Positions 40,696-49,616 of a stretch of 64,000 bases of DNA are shown one piece after another. Source of the stretch: an uncultured Candidatus Rokubacteria bacterium (lineage in GTDB: Bacteria > Methylomirabilota > Methylomirabilia > Rokubacteriales > CSP1-6); the NCBI GenBank assembly GCA_963734175.1, contig CAVTGC010000004.1, positions 7,875 to 71,874 of the forward strand. Direction: 5' to 3'. The translations under genes were made by a program, and so were the position numbers. Every line of letters begins with the position of its first letter. The stretch's first letter is position 1. The notes beneath the pieces are model-generated. The model searched no databases, was not told the origin of the DNA, and saw only the letters and a list, made by a program, of their open reading frames with translations.

Positions 40696-42375
40696 CTATC
40701 CGAGCCAGGCGTTGTCCCATCGGACCACGTCGTAGATGCCGAAGTAGGTGTTCGGGTTCTGGCCTTTGACCTTGTTGAACCAGCCGTCGTAGATCTGCTC
40801 GTACGACACGGGGATCAGCGGCGGGTCCATCTCGAGCATGTCCTCGGCCTTGCGCACCATGGTCTTGCGCCGGCTGTCGTCGACCTCGCGCTCGATCTGG
40901 TTGGCCAGGTCGTGGAAGGCCGCATTCGTCCAGCGCGAGTAGTTCTGCGGGCCGTTCTTGCCGTACCACGCGCTGAAGATGTCGGACGGGTCCATCAGGG
41001 TGGAGACGATGGCGCTGATGGCCAGGTCGAAGTTGCCGGCCTGCGCTTCGTCGAACCAGACCGACGTCTGCACCACGCGCAGGTTGCTCTCGATGTTCAG
41101 GTTCTCCTTCAGCATGGCCTGGATGGCCACCGCCCACAGCTTGAAGGTCGGGATGTCGCGCACGACGAAGTCGAGGCCCTTGAGGCCGTTGGCGTACCCG
41201 GCCTCCTTCATCAGCCGCTTGGCTTCCTGCACGGCCGCCTTGGGGTCCTTCTGGTAGCCGAGCTTCTTCTCCAGCTCCGCGCGCGGCGTGGACATCTCGT
41301 GGAACGGATAGACGAAGCCGCCCACCTGCATCGGCGCGGTGTCCTTCACGACCTCCACCAGCGTGTGGCGGTCCATCGCCAGGTGGATGGCCCGGCGCAC
41401 CTTCGGGTCGGCCAGCGCCTTGTTCTTCTCCATGTTCGTCCAGAACGCCTGGATGACGGACTGGTTGAAGACCCCGGCGGTCATGCCCTGGGTCTCCTTC
41501 ACCTTGCGCCAGCTCACGGGGTCCAGCAGCCGCGCGTAGTCGACGCGGCCGGACAGGATCGAGGCGCCCAGCTCCGGCGTGAACGGCAGGAAGTGGTAGA
41601 TCTCCAGCTTGTCGACGAGCGGCAGCCCCTTGTTCCAGTAGTCGGGGTTGCGCTCCATGATCCAGACTTCCTTGTCCTTGCGCGAGACGTGCTTGAAGGG
41701 ACCGGTGCCCGGGTAGTTCATCACCTGGCGCAGGTTGCCCTGGTTGTCGTCCAGCGTCTTCTTGCGCACGATGATGTTCCAGCCGCTGGCGAAGGCGCCC
41801 AGCATGTACGCCTTGGGGCGCGCCTCGGTCATCCGGAACTCGATCTTGTGCGGATCGACCACGACGATCTCGCCCACCGTCGCGAACAGCGGCGTGCGGG
41901 GGATGACCACGCCCTTGGGTGGATTCCGGATGCGGTCGTACGTGGCCTTGACGTCCTCGGCCGTGAAGTCGGCGCCGTCGTGGAACTTCACACCCTTGCG
42001 CAGGTGGAACGTGTACTTCTTGTTGTCCGGCGAGATCTCCCACCGCTGGGCCAGGTCCGGGATGATCGTCTGCCCGTCCTTGGGGCTGCGCCGCAGCAGC
42101 GTGTCGTACATGGGGCTCTGGGGACCGATGTTGGCGACCGTCCCCGACTGGTGCACATCGAAGTGGGCGGGGGCGTTGTGCACGGCATAGCGCAGCGTGC
42201 CACCGCGCTTGGCGGCGGGATCGGGCCGGAAGGTGGCGTCCTGGGCCGCCGCGATCCCCGGCACCGACAGGCGGCTGGCCACGACGACGCCGGCCCCGGC
42301 CAGACCCGCTCGCTTGAGGAAGGTACGGCGGTCGACGGTATCGGGAGACTGCGGAGCGGTCGAGCGGTCGCTCAT
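40696..42375 (-). CDS. ABC transporter substrate-binding protein, family 5, with Tat signal peptide
   Basis: ~559 aa from the ATG at 42375 (AGGAGGA SD). MSDRSTAPQSPDTVDRRTFLKRAGLAGAGVVVASRL has a twin-arginine motif. Family-5 SBP-like sequence (RKGVKFHDGADFTAEDVKATYDR...). Confidence 0.85.
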   Translation of the reverse strand: MSDRSTAPQSPDTVDRRTFLKRAGLAGAGVVVASRLSVPGIAAAQDATFRPDPAAKRGGTLRYAVHNAPAHFDVHQSGTVANIGPQSPMYDTLLRRSPKDGQTIIPDLAQRWEISPDNKKYTFHLRKGVKFHDGADFTAEDVKATYDRIRNPPKGVVIPRTPLFATVGEIVVVDPHKIEFRMTEARPKAYMLGAFASGWNIIVRKKTLDDNQGNLRQVMNYPGTGPFKHVSRKDKEVWIMERNPDYWNKGLPLVDKLEIYHFLPFTPELGASILSGRVDYARLLDPVSWRKVKETQGMTAGVFNQSVIQAFWTNMEKNKALADPKVRRAIHLAMDRHTLVEVVKDTAPMQVGGFVYPFHEMSTPRAELEKKLGYQKDPKAAVQEAKRLMKEAGYANGLKGLDFVVRDIPTFKLWAVAIQAMLKENLNIESNLRVVQTSVWFDEAQAGNFDLAISAIVSTLMDPSDIFSAWYGKNGPQNYSRWTNAAFHDLANQIEREVDDSRRKTMVRKAEDMLEMDPPLIPVSYEQIYDGWFNKVKGQNPNTYFGIYDVVRWDNAWLG

Positions 42376-42445
42376 GGGCTTCCTCCTAGAAGCGGATGCA
42401 GGCCTGAAAGCTGAGGAAACATAGCAGAACTCCGCCCCGACCGCA

Positions 42446-43021
42446 TCACGCACCGCGGAAACGGCCGGCCACCGTGAACCGGCCCCCGCCCAGGGGCGTC
42501 AGCACCACCATCTCGGCCGGGGCCGGGTTGATGCCGGTCAGCGCCGCGATGGTCGAACCGTGGGTGACCAGGACCAGGTTGCCGCCGGCCCTCCGCTCGC
42601 CGGCCAGCGATTGCAGCTCCCGCACCTGGTCGGCCCGGTTCTCGGGGCGCCCGAAGAGGTTGCCGAGCGGCCACCACGGCTCGGCCGCGCCGAAGGCCAG
42701 GCGCCCGGTCTCCAGGCAGCGGCACCACGGGCTCGACAGCACGCGCGCGACCGGGATGCCGCGGGCGCGGAATGCCTCGCCGAGGCGGCTGGCGTCGCCC
42801 CGGCCCTCGTCGGTGAGGTTGCGCTGGGTGGCGCAGTCGTCCGGGCGAAAGCCCGGCGGGTCGCCGACGCCGGGGGTGGTGATCGCGTGGCGGAGCAGCA
42901 CCACCTGACCGCCGGCTTTCAGCAGCGCCCACAGGGGCTCATCGGCGGCTCCCGCCGCGGTGGCGACGGTCACGGCAACCAGGACGGCGGTGATCGCGAC
43001 CCGGCGAGACAAGTGGTTCAT
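42446..43021 (-). CDS. Histidine phosphatase superfamily protein (SixA/phosphoglycerate-mutase-like) with signal peptide
   Basis: 191 aa with LLRHAITTPG (RHG-type catalytic motif), TDEGR and LVTHGSTI. N-terminal hydrophobic signal. Confidence 0.7.
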   Translation of the reverse strand: MNHLSRRVAITAVLVAVTVATAAGAADEPLWALLKAGGQVVLLRHAITTPGVGDPPGFRPDDCATQRNLTDEGRGDASRLGEAFRARGIPVARVLSSPWCRCLETGRLAFGAAEPWWPLGNLFGRPENRADQVRELQSLAGERRAGGNLVLVTHGSTIAALTGINPAPAEMVVLTPLGGGRFTVAGRFRGA

Positions 43022-43036
43022 GTCAATCCCCGCCGG

Positions 43037-43210
43037 CTAGGACAGCAGCACGACGAGCATCAGCAGGAGGGCGACGAGAACGAGGCAGCCGTAGAACCCG
43101 GTGCGGATCCGCGCCAGCAGGGCCCGCTCGGCGCGAGCCTCGGCAGCCAGGGCCATGCGCAGCTTGCGCTCGGCCTCGGCCTGCGGGTCGTTCTTGCGAT
43201 CGTCGTTCAT
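43037..43210 (-). CDS. Small (57 aa) protein with C-terminal membrane anchor, translationally coupled to livF
   Basis: [57 protein letters not shown]. Its ATG overlaps the livF stop (ATGA at 43207-43210). Confidence 0.35.
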   Translation of the reverse strand: MNDDRKNDPQAEAERKLRMALAAEARAERALLARIRTGFYGCLVLVALLLMLVVLLS

Positions 43211-43942
43211 GCTGCGCTGCCTCCCCCGGCGCCCGGCCGCCCGAGGCCCAGGTATGCCGCACGGATGCGCGGATCCTCCACCAGGTCCGTGCTGAGCCCG
43301 GCCGCCACGACGCGCCCGGTCTCCAGCACGTAGCCCCGGGCGGCCAGGGCCAGGGCGGCTCTGGCGTTCTGCTCGACCAGCAGCACGGCCACGCCCTCGG
43401 CGTTGATCGCACGGATGACCCGAAAGATCTCCCCGACCAGCCGGGGCGCCAGCCCGAGCGAGGGCTCGTCGAGCAGGAGCAGGCGGGGCCGGGTCATGAG
43501 CGCCCGGCCGATCGCCAGCATCTGCTGCTCGCCGCCGGACAGTGTGCCAGCGAGCTGGCGGCGGCGCTCGGCCAGCACGGGGAACAACGCGTAGGCCGCC
43601 TCGAGCCGGCCCCGGACCTCGCGGGCCGCGACGGTGTGGGCGCCGACCAGCAGGTTCTCGAGCACGGTGAACTCTCCGAAGATGTCCCGCCCTTCGGGAA
43701 CGTGGCCGATGCCCCCGACGACGACGGCGTCGGCGGTTGACCGTGCGAGATCCCGCCCGTGCCAGCGGATGGTCCCGCCAGCTCGGACGGACGAGGCCGG
43801 AGATCGCGCGCAGCGTGGTGGACTTGCCGCTGCCGTTGGCGCCGAGCAGCGTGACGATCTCGCCGGCGTTCACCGTGAGCGACACGCCGTGCAGCGCGCG
43901 CCGCTGCCCGTAGGCCACGCTGAGGTCGGTCAGCTCGAGCAT
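43207..43942 (-). CDS. livF: Branched-chain amino acid ABC transporter ATP-binding protein LivF-like; one frameshift at ~43760-43790 in this assembly
   Basis: N-terminus [50 protein letters not shown] (Walker A) in one frame. Continuation ...[12 protein letters not shown]...[33 protein letters not shown] (signature motif plus Walker B) in ORF 43207..43665. Confidence 0.8.
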
Positions 43943-44721
43943 CAGGCCGGCCCCGCGTCGGCGGCCGTTCCCAGGTACGCCTCGATCACCGCCGCGTCGG
44001 CGGCGATCGTGCGCGGCGGCCCGGTGGCGATGGTGCGACCGTGGTGGAGCACGGTGACCTGGTCGCAGATCGACATGACGAGCTCCATGTCGTGCTCCAC
44101 GAGCATGACCGTCAGCGCCAGCTCGTCGCGCAGCCGGCGGATCAGGTCCATCAGGGTGTGGGTCTCGGTCGGGTTGAGGCCGCCGGCCGGCTCGTCGAGC
44201 AGCAGGAGGCGCGGCCGCGCGGCCAGCGCGCGCGCCATCTCCAGCCGCTTCTGGCTGCCCAGCGGCAGGCTGCCCGCCGCGACCTCGGCAACGTCGCTCA
44301 GCCCCACCCGCTCCAGCAGAGCCCGCGCCCTCTCGCGGGCCGCGGCCTCCTCGCGCCGCACCGCCGGCAGGCCGCAGGCGGCGGCCAGCAGCCCTGAGCG
44401 CAGGTGGCCGTGCTCGCCGACCAGGACGTTGTCGAGCGCCGACAGCGCGCGAAACACCTCGGTGTTCTGGAACGTGCGCCCGATCCCCCGCCGCGCGATC
44501 TCGTGCGGCGCCAGTCGCGTGAGATCGACACCGTCGAACACCACCCGCCCCGCCGACGGCGCATACAGCCCGCTGAGAATGTTGAACACCGTCGTCTTCC
44601 CCGCCCCGTTGGGCCCGATGACCCCGACGATCTCCCCCACCCCCACCGTCAAGCTCACATCACTCAGCACCACCAACCCCCCAAACGAGATGGAGAGCCC
44701 CTCGATCCCAAGCAACCCCAT
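43942..44721 (-). CDS. livG: Branched-chain amino acid ABC transporter ATP-binding protein LivG-like
   Basis: 259 aa with [16 protein letters not shown] (Walker A), [31 protein letters not shown], and a LivG-like C-terminal extension. Confidence 0.85.
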   Translation of the reverse strand: MGLLGIEGLSISFGGLVVLSDVSLTVGVGEIVGVIGPNGAGKTTVFNILSGLYAPSAGRVVFDGVDLTRLAPHEIARRGIGRTFQNTEVFRALSALDNVLVGEHGHLRSGLLAAACGLPAVRREEAAARERARALLERVGLSDVAEVAAGSLPLGSQKRLEMARALAARPRLLLLDEPAGGLNPTETHTLMDLIRRLRDELALTVMLVEHDMELVMSICDQVTVLHHGRTIATGPPRTIAADAAVIEAYLGTAADAGPA

Positions 44722-44837
44722 CGACTACTGGATCGCCACGTGGAGCGCGGGGAAGGCGGCGGCGCCGCCGGCCGGAGCGGGGGCCGCGGCTCACGCGGGC
44801 CACTTGATGGCGAGCCGTTGTCGCTGTTCGAGCGGAG

Positions 44838-44923
44838 AGAGCGACGAGCGCGCCACCGACGACTCGGCTCGACCTCAACCGATCCCCCCTGGGGGATGGG
44901 GGGCTCGCGCGAGTCGCTCTCGG
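44838..44923. promoter_or_regulatory. Structured element (nested inverted repeats) in the 295-nt livK-livG intergenic region
   Basis: Inner hairpin ATCCCCC-ct-GGGGGAT (44882-44897) is flanked by imperfect inverted arms GAGAGCGACGAGCGCGCC and GCTCGCGCGAGTCGCTCTC. Confidence 0.3.
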
Positions 44924-45015
44924 AGCGAGTTACGGCGACAGGCGAGCCATGCCGTGGCCCGCGTGGGCCGAGGCCCCCGCCCGGCTGGCGGCGCCGCCGC
45001 GTTCCCCGCGCTCCA

Positions 45016-46182
45016 CTACTCCGACTTCAGCCAGTCGGTGAGCTGCTTGAAGTGGCCTTTCTGCACCGTGACCCAGAACCCCTGGCGCTGCGTCTCGTGA
45101 TCGGGCCCGATGGTGAGCGGCGGCAGGATGCCGCTGTCCCAGCCCTTGATGCCTTCGAGGGCGGTGACGAGGCCGTCGCGCGTCAGGTTACGACCCGCAC
45201 GCTTGGCCCCCTCGGTGAACAGCATGGCGGCCACGTAGCCGGAGAGCGAATAGCGATTCGGCTCGTTCTTCGGGAAGTACTTCTGCATCGCGTCCCGGTA
45301 CGCCTTGACGCCGGGCAGATCGGAGCCGACCGGGTCCGGCCACAGCGACAGTCCTTCCACTCCCTCGGCGGCGTCGCCGGCCAGGGCCAGGTAGCGCTCG
45401 TCGGTGAGCGGCCCCGAGGAGACCATCACGGTGTCCGTCCAGCCGATCTTCTGCCGCTCCTTCAACGCCTGGGCGCCGGCCGGCGGCGTGAGCACGAGGA
45501 AGGTCACCTGCGGCTTGGCCGCCTGCAGCTTGGCGATCTGGGCGCTGACGTCGGTGACACCCCGCTTGACCGACTCGGCCGCGGCCAGCTTGAGGCCGTG
45601 CCGCCCGAGGTCCTTCTCGAACGCGGTCAGGAACGCCTTGCCGTACTCGTCGTCCTGGTACAGCACCCCGAAGGTCTTGAGCTTCCGCGGCCCGACCAGG
45701 TAGTCGATCATCATCCGCGACTGCCGGTCGTAGAGCGTCATCCCGCTGAAGACGTACTTGCGGCCGCGGGTGACCGGCGAGCCCTGGAACGGGAACAGCA
45801 GCGGGACCTTGTTCTCTTCGAGGTACTCCATGGTGGCGACGACCGGCGGGGTGCCCTGGGGCGCGATGACCGCGAAGATCCGGTCCTGCTCGACGAGCTT
45901 CTTGGTGTTGGCGACGGCCTCCTGCGGCTTGTAGCCGTCGTCGTAGTACACGGTGCGGACCTTGCGGCCGTGGATGCCGCCGGCGTCGTTCACGACCTTG
46001 AAGTAGAGGTCGACGCCGAACTTCGTGGCCTGCTCGCCGGTGAAGGCCAGCGGGCCCGAGAACGAGTTCGAGCAGCCGAGCACGATCTCGGCGTCGCCGA
46101 CGCCCGTCTGGGCGGTGGCGAGCGCCGGAGCGCCGGCGGCGAGCAGCAGGACGGCGACGAGACATCGGATGGCCGAACGCAT
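45016..46182 (-). CDS. livK: Branched-chain amino acid ABC transporter substrate-binding protein (LivK/LivJ family) with signal peptide
   Basis: ~388 aa from the ATG at 46182 (AGGAGG SD 6 nt upstream). MRSAIRCLVAVLLLAAGAPALATAQTG signal. Liv-type periplasmic-binding-protein sequence (VLGCSNSFSGPLAFTGEQATKFGVDLYFKVVNDAGGIHGRKV...). Confidence 0.85.
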   Translation of the reverse strand: MRSAIRCLVAVLLLAAGAPALATAQTGVGDAEIVLGCSNSFSGPLAFTGEQATKFGVDLYFKVVNDAGGIHGRKVRTVYYDDGYKPQEAVANTKKLVEQDRIFAVIAPQGTPPVVATMEYLEENKVPLLFPFQGSPVTRGRKYVFSGMTLYDRQSRMMIDYLVGPRKLKTFGVLYQDDEYGKAFLTAFEKDLGRHGLKLAAAESVKRGVTDVSAQIAKLQAAKPQVTFLVLTPPAGAQALKERQKIGWTDTVMVSSGPLTDERYLALAGDAAEGVEGLSLWPDPVGSDLPGVKAYRDAMQKYFPKNEPNRYSLSGYVAAMLFTEGAKRAGRNLTRDGLVTALEGIKGWDSGILPPLTIGPDHETQRQGFWVTVQKGHFKQLTDWLKSE

Positions 46183-47124
46183 GGAGAGCCTCCTGGAGGC
46201 GGTCACCGCCGCCCGGACGCGCGCGCCCAGGCCGGTGAGGCCGCCCGGCATGAACAGCATGCAGGCGACGAGAAGCACGCCGAAGATCAGCGGCCGGTAG
46301 TTCTGGAAGGCCGCCAGGCTGTCGTGGAGCACCGTCACCACGGCGGCGCCGACGATCGAGCCCGGCACCGAGCCGAGCCCGCCCACGATGATCATCACGA
46401 CGAAGTCGACTGACAGGAACACGTCGAAGGCGTCGGGCGACAGGAAGCCCACGACGAACGCGAAGAGTCCGCCCGCCACGCCCGTGTAGAACGCCGACAG
46501 GCCGAACGCGATCGTCTTGTAGCGCGCCACCGGCACGCCGCTGGCCTGGGCGGCGATCTCGCTCTCGCGGATGGCCAGCAGCGCCCGCCCGGTCTTGGTG
46601 CGGACCAGGTTGAGCGCGGCCACGACGAGCACGGCCGCCACCGCCGCTACCAGGTAGTAGCGGCCGGTGTCGGTGCCCAGCCGCCAGGGACCGAGCCGGG
46701 CCGCCGGCACCCGCAGCCCGTCGGCGCCGCGCGTCAGCACCTCCAGGCTCAGGATCGCCTCGGTGATGACGAAGCCGAAGGCCAGCGTGGCCATGGCCAG
46801 GTAGAGCCCGCTCAGCCGCAGGCACGGCACGCCGAACGCGAGCCCCACCGCCGCGGTCATCAGGCCGGCCGCGGCCAGCGTCACCACGACCGGCACCGCC
46901 GGCAGGTGAATCGTGAGCAGGGCGGCCGTGTAGGCGCCGATGGCCAGGAACCCGGCGTGCCCGAACGAGAGCTGGTTGGTGTAGCCGGACAGAAGATTGA
47001 GACCGATCGCCACCACCGCGTTGACGAGGGTGAGGCTGGCCAGGAAGACGAAGTAGCGCGGCGCCAGCCACGGCCACGCCGCCAGCAGCCCGACCACCGC
47101 CGCCAGCGCCGCCCGGCGCTTCAC
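46183..47124 (-). CDS. livM: Branched-chain amino acid ABC transporter permease LivM-like; no in-frame stop before livK (reads through into livK in the same frame)
   Basis: GTG start overlapping the livH stop (VKRRAALAAVVGLLAAW...). LivM-like TM core (ASLTLVNAVVAIGLNLLSGYTNQLSFGHAGFLAIGAYTAA...). The frame is continuous with the livK ATG at 46182 in ORF 45016..47655. Confidence 0.75.
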
Positions 47125-48018
47125 ACCTTCCTCCGCTCCACCCGCCCCAGCAGCCCGGCCGGGCGCACCAGCAGGATGCCGATGAGGACGATGAAGGGCA
47201 CCGAGTAGCGGATGCTGGTGGGCAGGTAGAGCGGGGCGAGATTCTCCAGCACGCCGAGGACCATGCCGCCCAGCACCGCCCCCGGCATCGAGCCGAAGCC
47301 ACCCAGCACCGCCGCCGTGAAGCCGTTGATGACCACCAGCCCCATCTTCGAGGACAGGAAGATGACCGGCGCCACCAGCACGCCGGCGATGGCGCCCACC
47401 ACCGCCGCCAGCACCCACGCCGTCGAGTACACGCGCTCGACGCTGATGCCCATGAGCCGGGCCGCCCGCTGGTTCTGGGCCACCGCCCGCATCGCCCGGC
47501 CCAGCCGCGTCCACCGGAAGAGCGCGGCCAGCGCCAGCATGATGGCCAGCGAGGCGCCGATGATGCCGAGCGAGGCGGGCGCGATGCGCACCGGCCCCAG
47601 CGCCACCGGCCGGTTCGAGAAGAACGACGGGAACGGGAACTGGTCGTGCGTCCACGCCACGCCGGCGCCCGCCTGCAGGGCCAGCGACAGCCCCAGCGTG
47701 ATGATCAGCACGTCCCAGTGGGTGGCGCCGATGGCGCGCCGGATCACGAGCCGCTCGACCGCGAAGGCCAGCGCCGCCGCCGCCACGATCGCCACCAGCA
47801 GCGTGACGGCCAGCGACAGGCCGAAGGCGCGCTGGGCGCTCCAGCCCACGAAGGTCGAGATCATCAGCATCTCGCCCTGGGCAAAGTTGAGCGTGCGGGT
47901 GGCGTTGTAGACGATGACCAGGCTCAGCGCCATGAGCGCGTAGATGCAGCCGGTGGCCAGGCCGGACACCACCACGTGCACCAGCGCCGCCCCCGTCACT
48001 CGACGCGGGCCTCGAACC
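47121..48018 (-). CDS. livH: Branched-chain amino acid ABC transporter permease LivH-like
   Basis: ~299 aa from the GTG at 48018 (GTGA overlap with the V4R stop). VTGAALVHVVVSGLATGCIYALMALSLVIVYNATRTLNFAQGEMLMIST... is a typical LivH N-terminus. Confidence 0.8.
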
Positions 48019-48476
48019 GGCAGTGGGCGGCCCCGGCGGCCGCGCACTGGGTCTCGACGACGCGGGTCGGCCGCTCGAGCGTCAGGATCGCCAGCGACTC
48101 GAGCGACGCCGCGGGTGAGGTGGCACACCGGCGACGCCGCGGCGCCATAGGCCTCGGCGAACGGCGAGCGCCGGACCGTCACCACGAGCCCGTCGCCCGC
48201 GAAGCGCTCGAGGGCGAACTGGCCCCACCCCAGCGCCCCACCCATCGCGACCAGTCGTTGCGCGCGCTCCTCGCCCGCCCCCGCCAGCGTCGCGGTCGCC
48301 CGGGCGCCACCCGCGCGGCCGCCGGCGGCCAGGCAGTCGGAGGCCTGGCGGCCGGCCGCGGCCTCCACCGCCTTCTGCAGGGCCGCCAGCGTCTCGGGGC
48401 GGATCAGCAGGTAGCGGGCACCGTTGATCGTCAGCGCGCCGGCCCCGTCGTCCTCGAGGGGCAGCGCCGGCGTCAC
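48015..48476 (-). CDS. V4R-domain (4-vinyl-reductase-type, small-molecule-binding) protein; one frameshift at ~48110-48125 in this assembly
   Basis: GTG at 48476 overlaps the stop of the upstream gene (GTGA). ...ARYLLIRPETLAALQKAV...LVAMGGALGWGQFALERF...SPVCHLTRGV, then after a 1-nt shift LESLAILTLERPTRVVETQCAAAGAAHCRFEARVE*. These are V4R-type conserved Cys motifs. The TGA at 48015-48017 overlaps the livH GTG. Confidence 0.55.
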
Positions 48477-49579
48477 CGGATCACCCGCGACCACCCGTGC
48501 GAATCCCAGCCGTCGTGGAAGAGCGCGCGGACCTCGCGCTGGGTGAGGTCGCCGAGGCCGAGGTGATCGAGGGCGCGCCCGCCGGTCAGGTCGCGGTGGA
48601 GCAGGGCGCCGAAGACACCGAGCAGCCCCGACACCGCCGGCGTCGCCACCCCGGCGGTGCGGCCGGCCGACTCGAACAGCGTGAGCCCGAGGGCCACGTC
48701 CTCGGTCACGTAGCGGTGGTCGTAGCCGACGACCTCGCTCCACAGGCCGCTCTGCACCACCTTCTGCCGGGCGCCGGCGCCGTAGAGGCCCTCGGCCGCG
48801 CGCGCCTCGTCGTAGTAGGTCGCCAGCTCGTAATGCGGCGCCGGATAGCCCAGGCCCCGCCGCGAGGCCAGCCGCTCGGCGTCGACCGCGTCGATGAGCC
48901 GCCGCGCGCTCGCCGTCGTCCCCGCCGCGTGGATGTCGAAGCGGCCGCCATCGATCGATCCCGCGTTGACCAGCACCAGGGGCGGATGGATCACCACGCC
49001 GGCGTTGGTGAGGGCGGCGTCCAGCACGTCGACGCACGGTCGCGCCGCCGGGAACAGCGCGGTGATGCGCGGCAGCGCCGCCGTCGAGCGCGACGCCGGG
49101 AAGACGCCCACCGGCAGGTTGGCCGCCCGCACCGGGGCGGCGACCGTGGTGGGACCGGTCTTGCGCGCCAGGTAGGGCAGCGTGCCCGTCTCCGCGAAGG
49201 CCAGCGGCAGTGTCGCGCCCGCGCGGGCCAGCCCCCGGGCCAGCACGAAGCTGCCGAGCGTGCCCGGGGTAAGCAGCACCACCTCGCGGCCGGTGAGCCG
49301 CCCGGCCAGCCGCGTGGCGAGATCGTCGTGGCAGGTCGCCGGCAGTGGCACCACGACGACCTCGGCGCCGTCCAGCGCCTCCTTGATGTCAGCGGTGGCG
49401 CGATCGAGGCGGGCTTCACCCTGTCGCCCCTCGGCCACCAGCGTGATGGTGCCGGCGGCGCGGACCGGAGCGAGCTCGCGCTCGGATCGCCGCCACAGCC
49501 GCACGCGGTGGCCGGCCAGGGCGAGATCCGCCGCGGTCGCGTAGCCGCCGTTGCTTCCGCCGAGCACCGTCACGTTCAC
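48473..49579 (-). CDS. NAD(P)-dependent opine (octopine/nopaline) dehydrogenase-family oxidoreductase
   Basis: 368 aa. N-terminal Rossmann MNVTVLGGSNGGYATAADLALAGHRV. The two-domain length and sequence are characteristic of the NAD/NADP octopine/nopaline dehydrogenase family. Confidence 0.65.
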   Translation of the reverse strand: MNVTVLGGSNGGYATAADLALAGHRVRLWRRSERELAPVRAAGTITLVAEGRQGEARLDRATADIKEALDGAEVVVVPLPATCHDDLATRLAGRLTGREVVLLTPGTLGSFVLARGLARAGATLPLAFAETGTLPYLARKTGPTTVAAPVRAANLPVGVFPASRSTAALPRITALFPAARPCVDVLDAALTNAGVVIHPPLVLVNAGSIDGGRFDIHAAGTTASARRLIDAVDAERLASRRGLGYPAPHYELATYYDEARAAEGLYGAGARQKVVQSGLWSEVVGYDHRYVTEDVALGLTLFESAGRTAGVATPAVSGLLGVFGALLHRDLTGGRALDHLGLGDLTQREVRALFHDGWDSHGWSRVIR

Positions 49580-49616
49580 AGGCCCGCCTCCCCTTCGACC
49601 GCCGCTCGTCCGTGCC

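Noticed and set aside
45188-47302. 704-aa minus-strand ORF overlapping livK/livM
   Set aside because: It is an alternative frame without motifs. The livM/livK frame (ORF 45016-47655) carries the transporter signatures.
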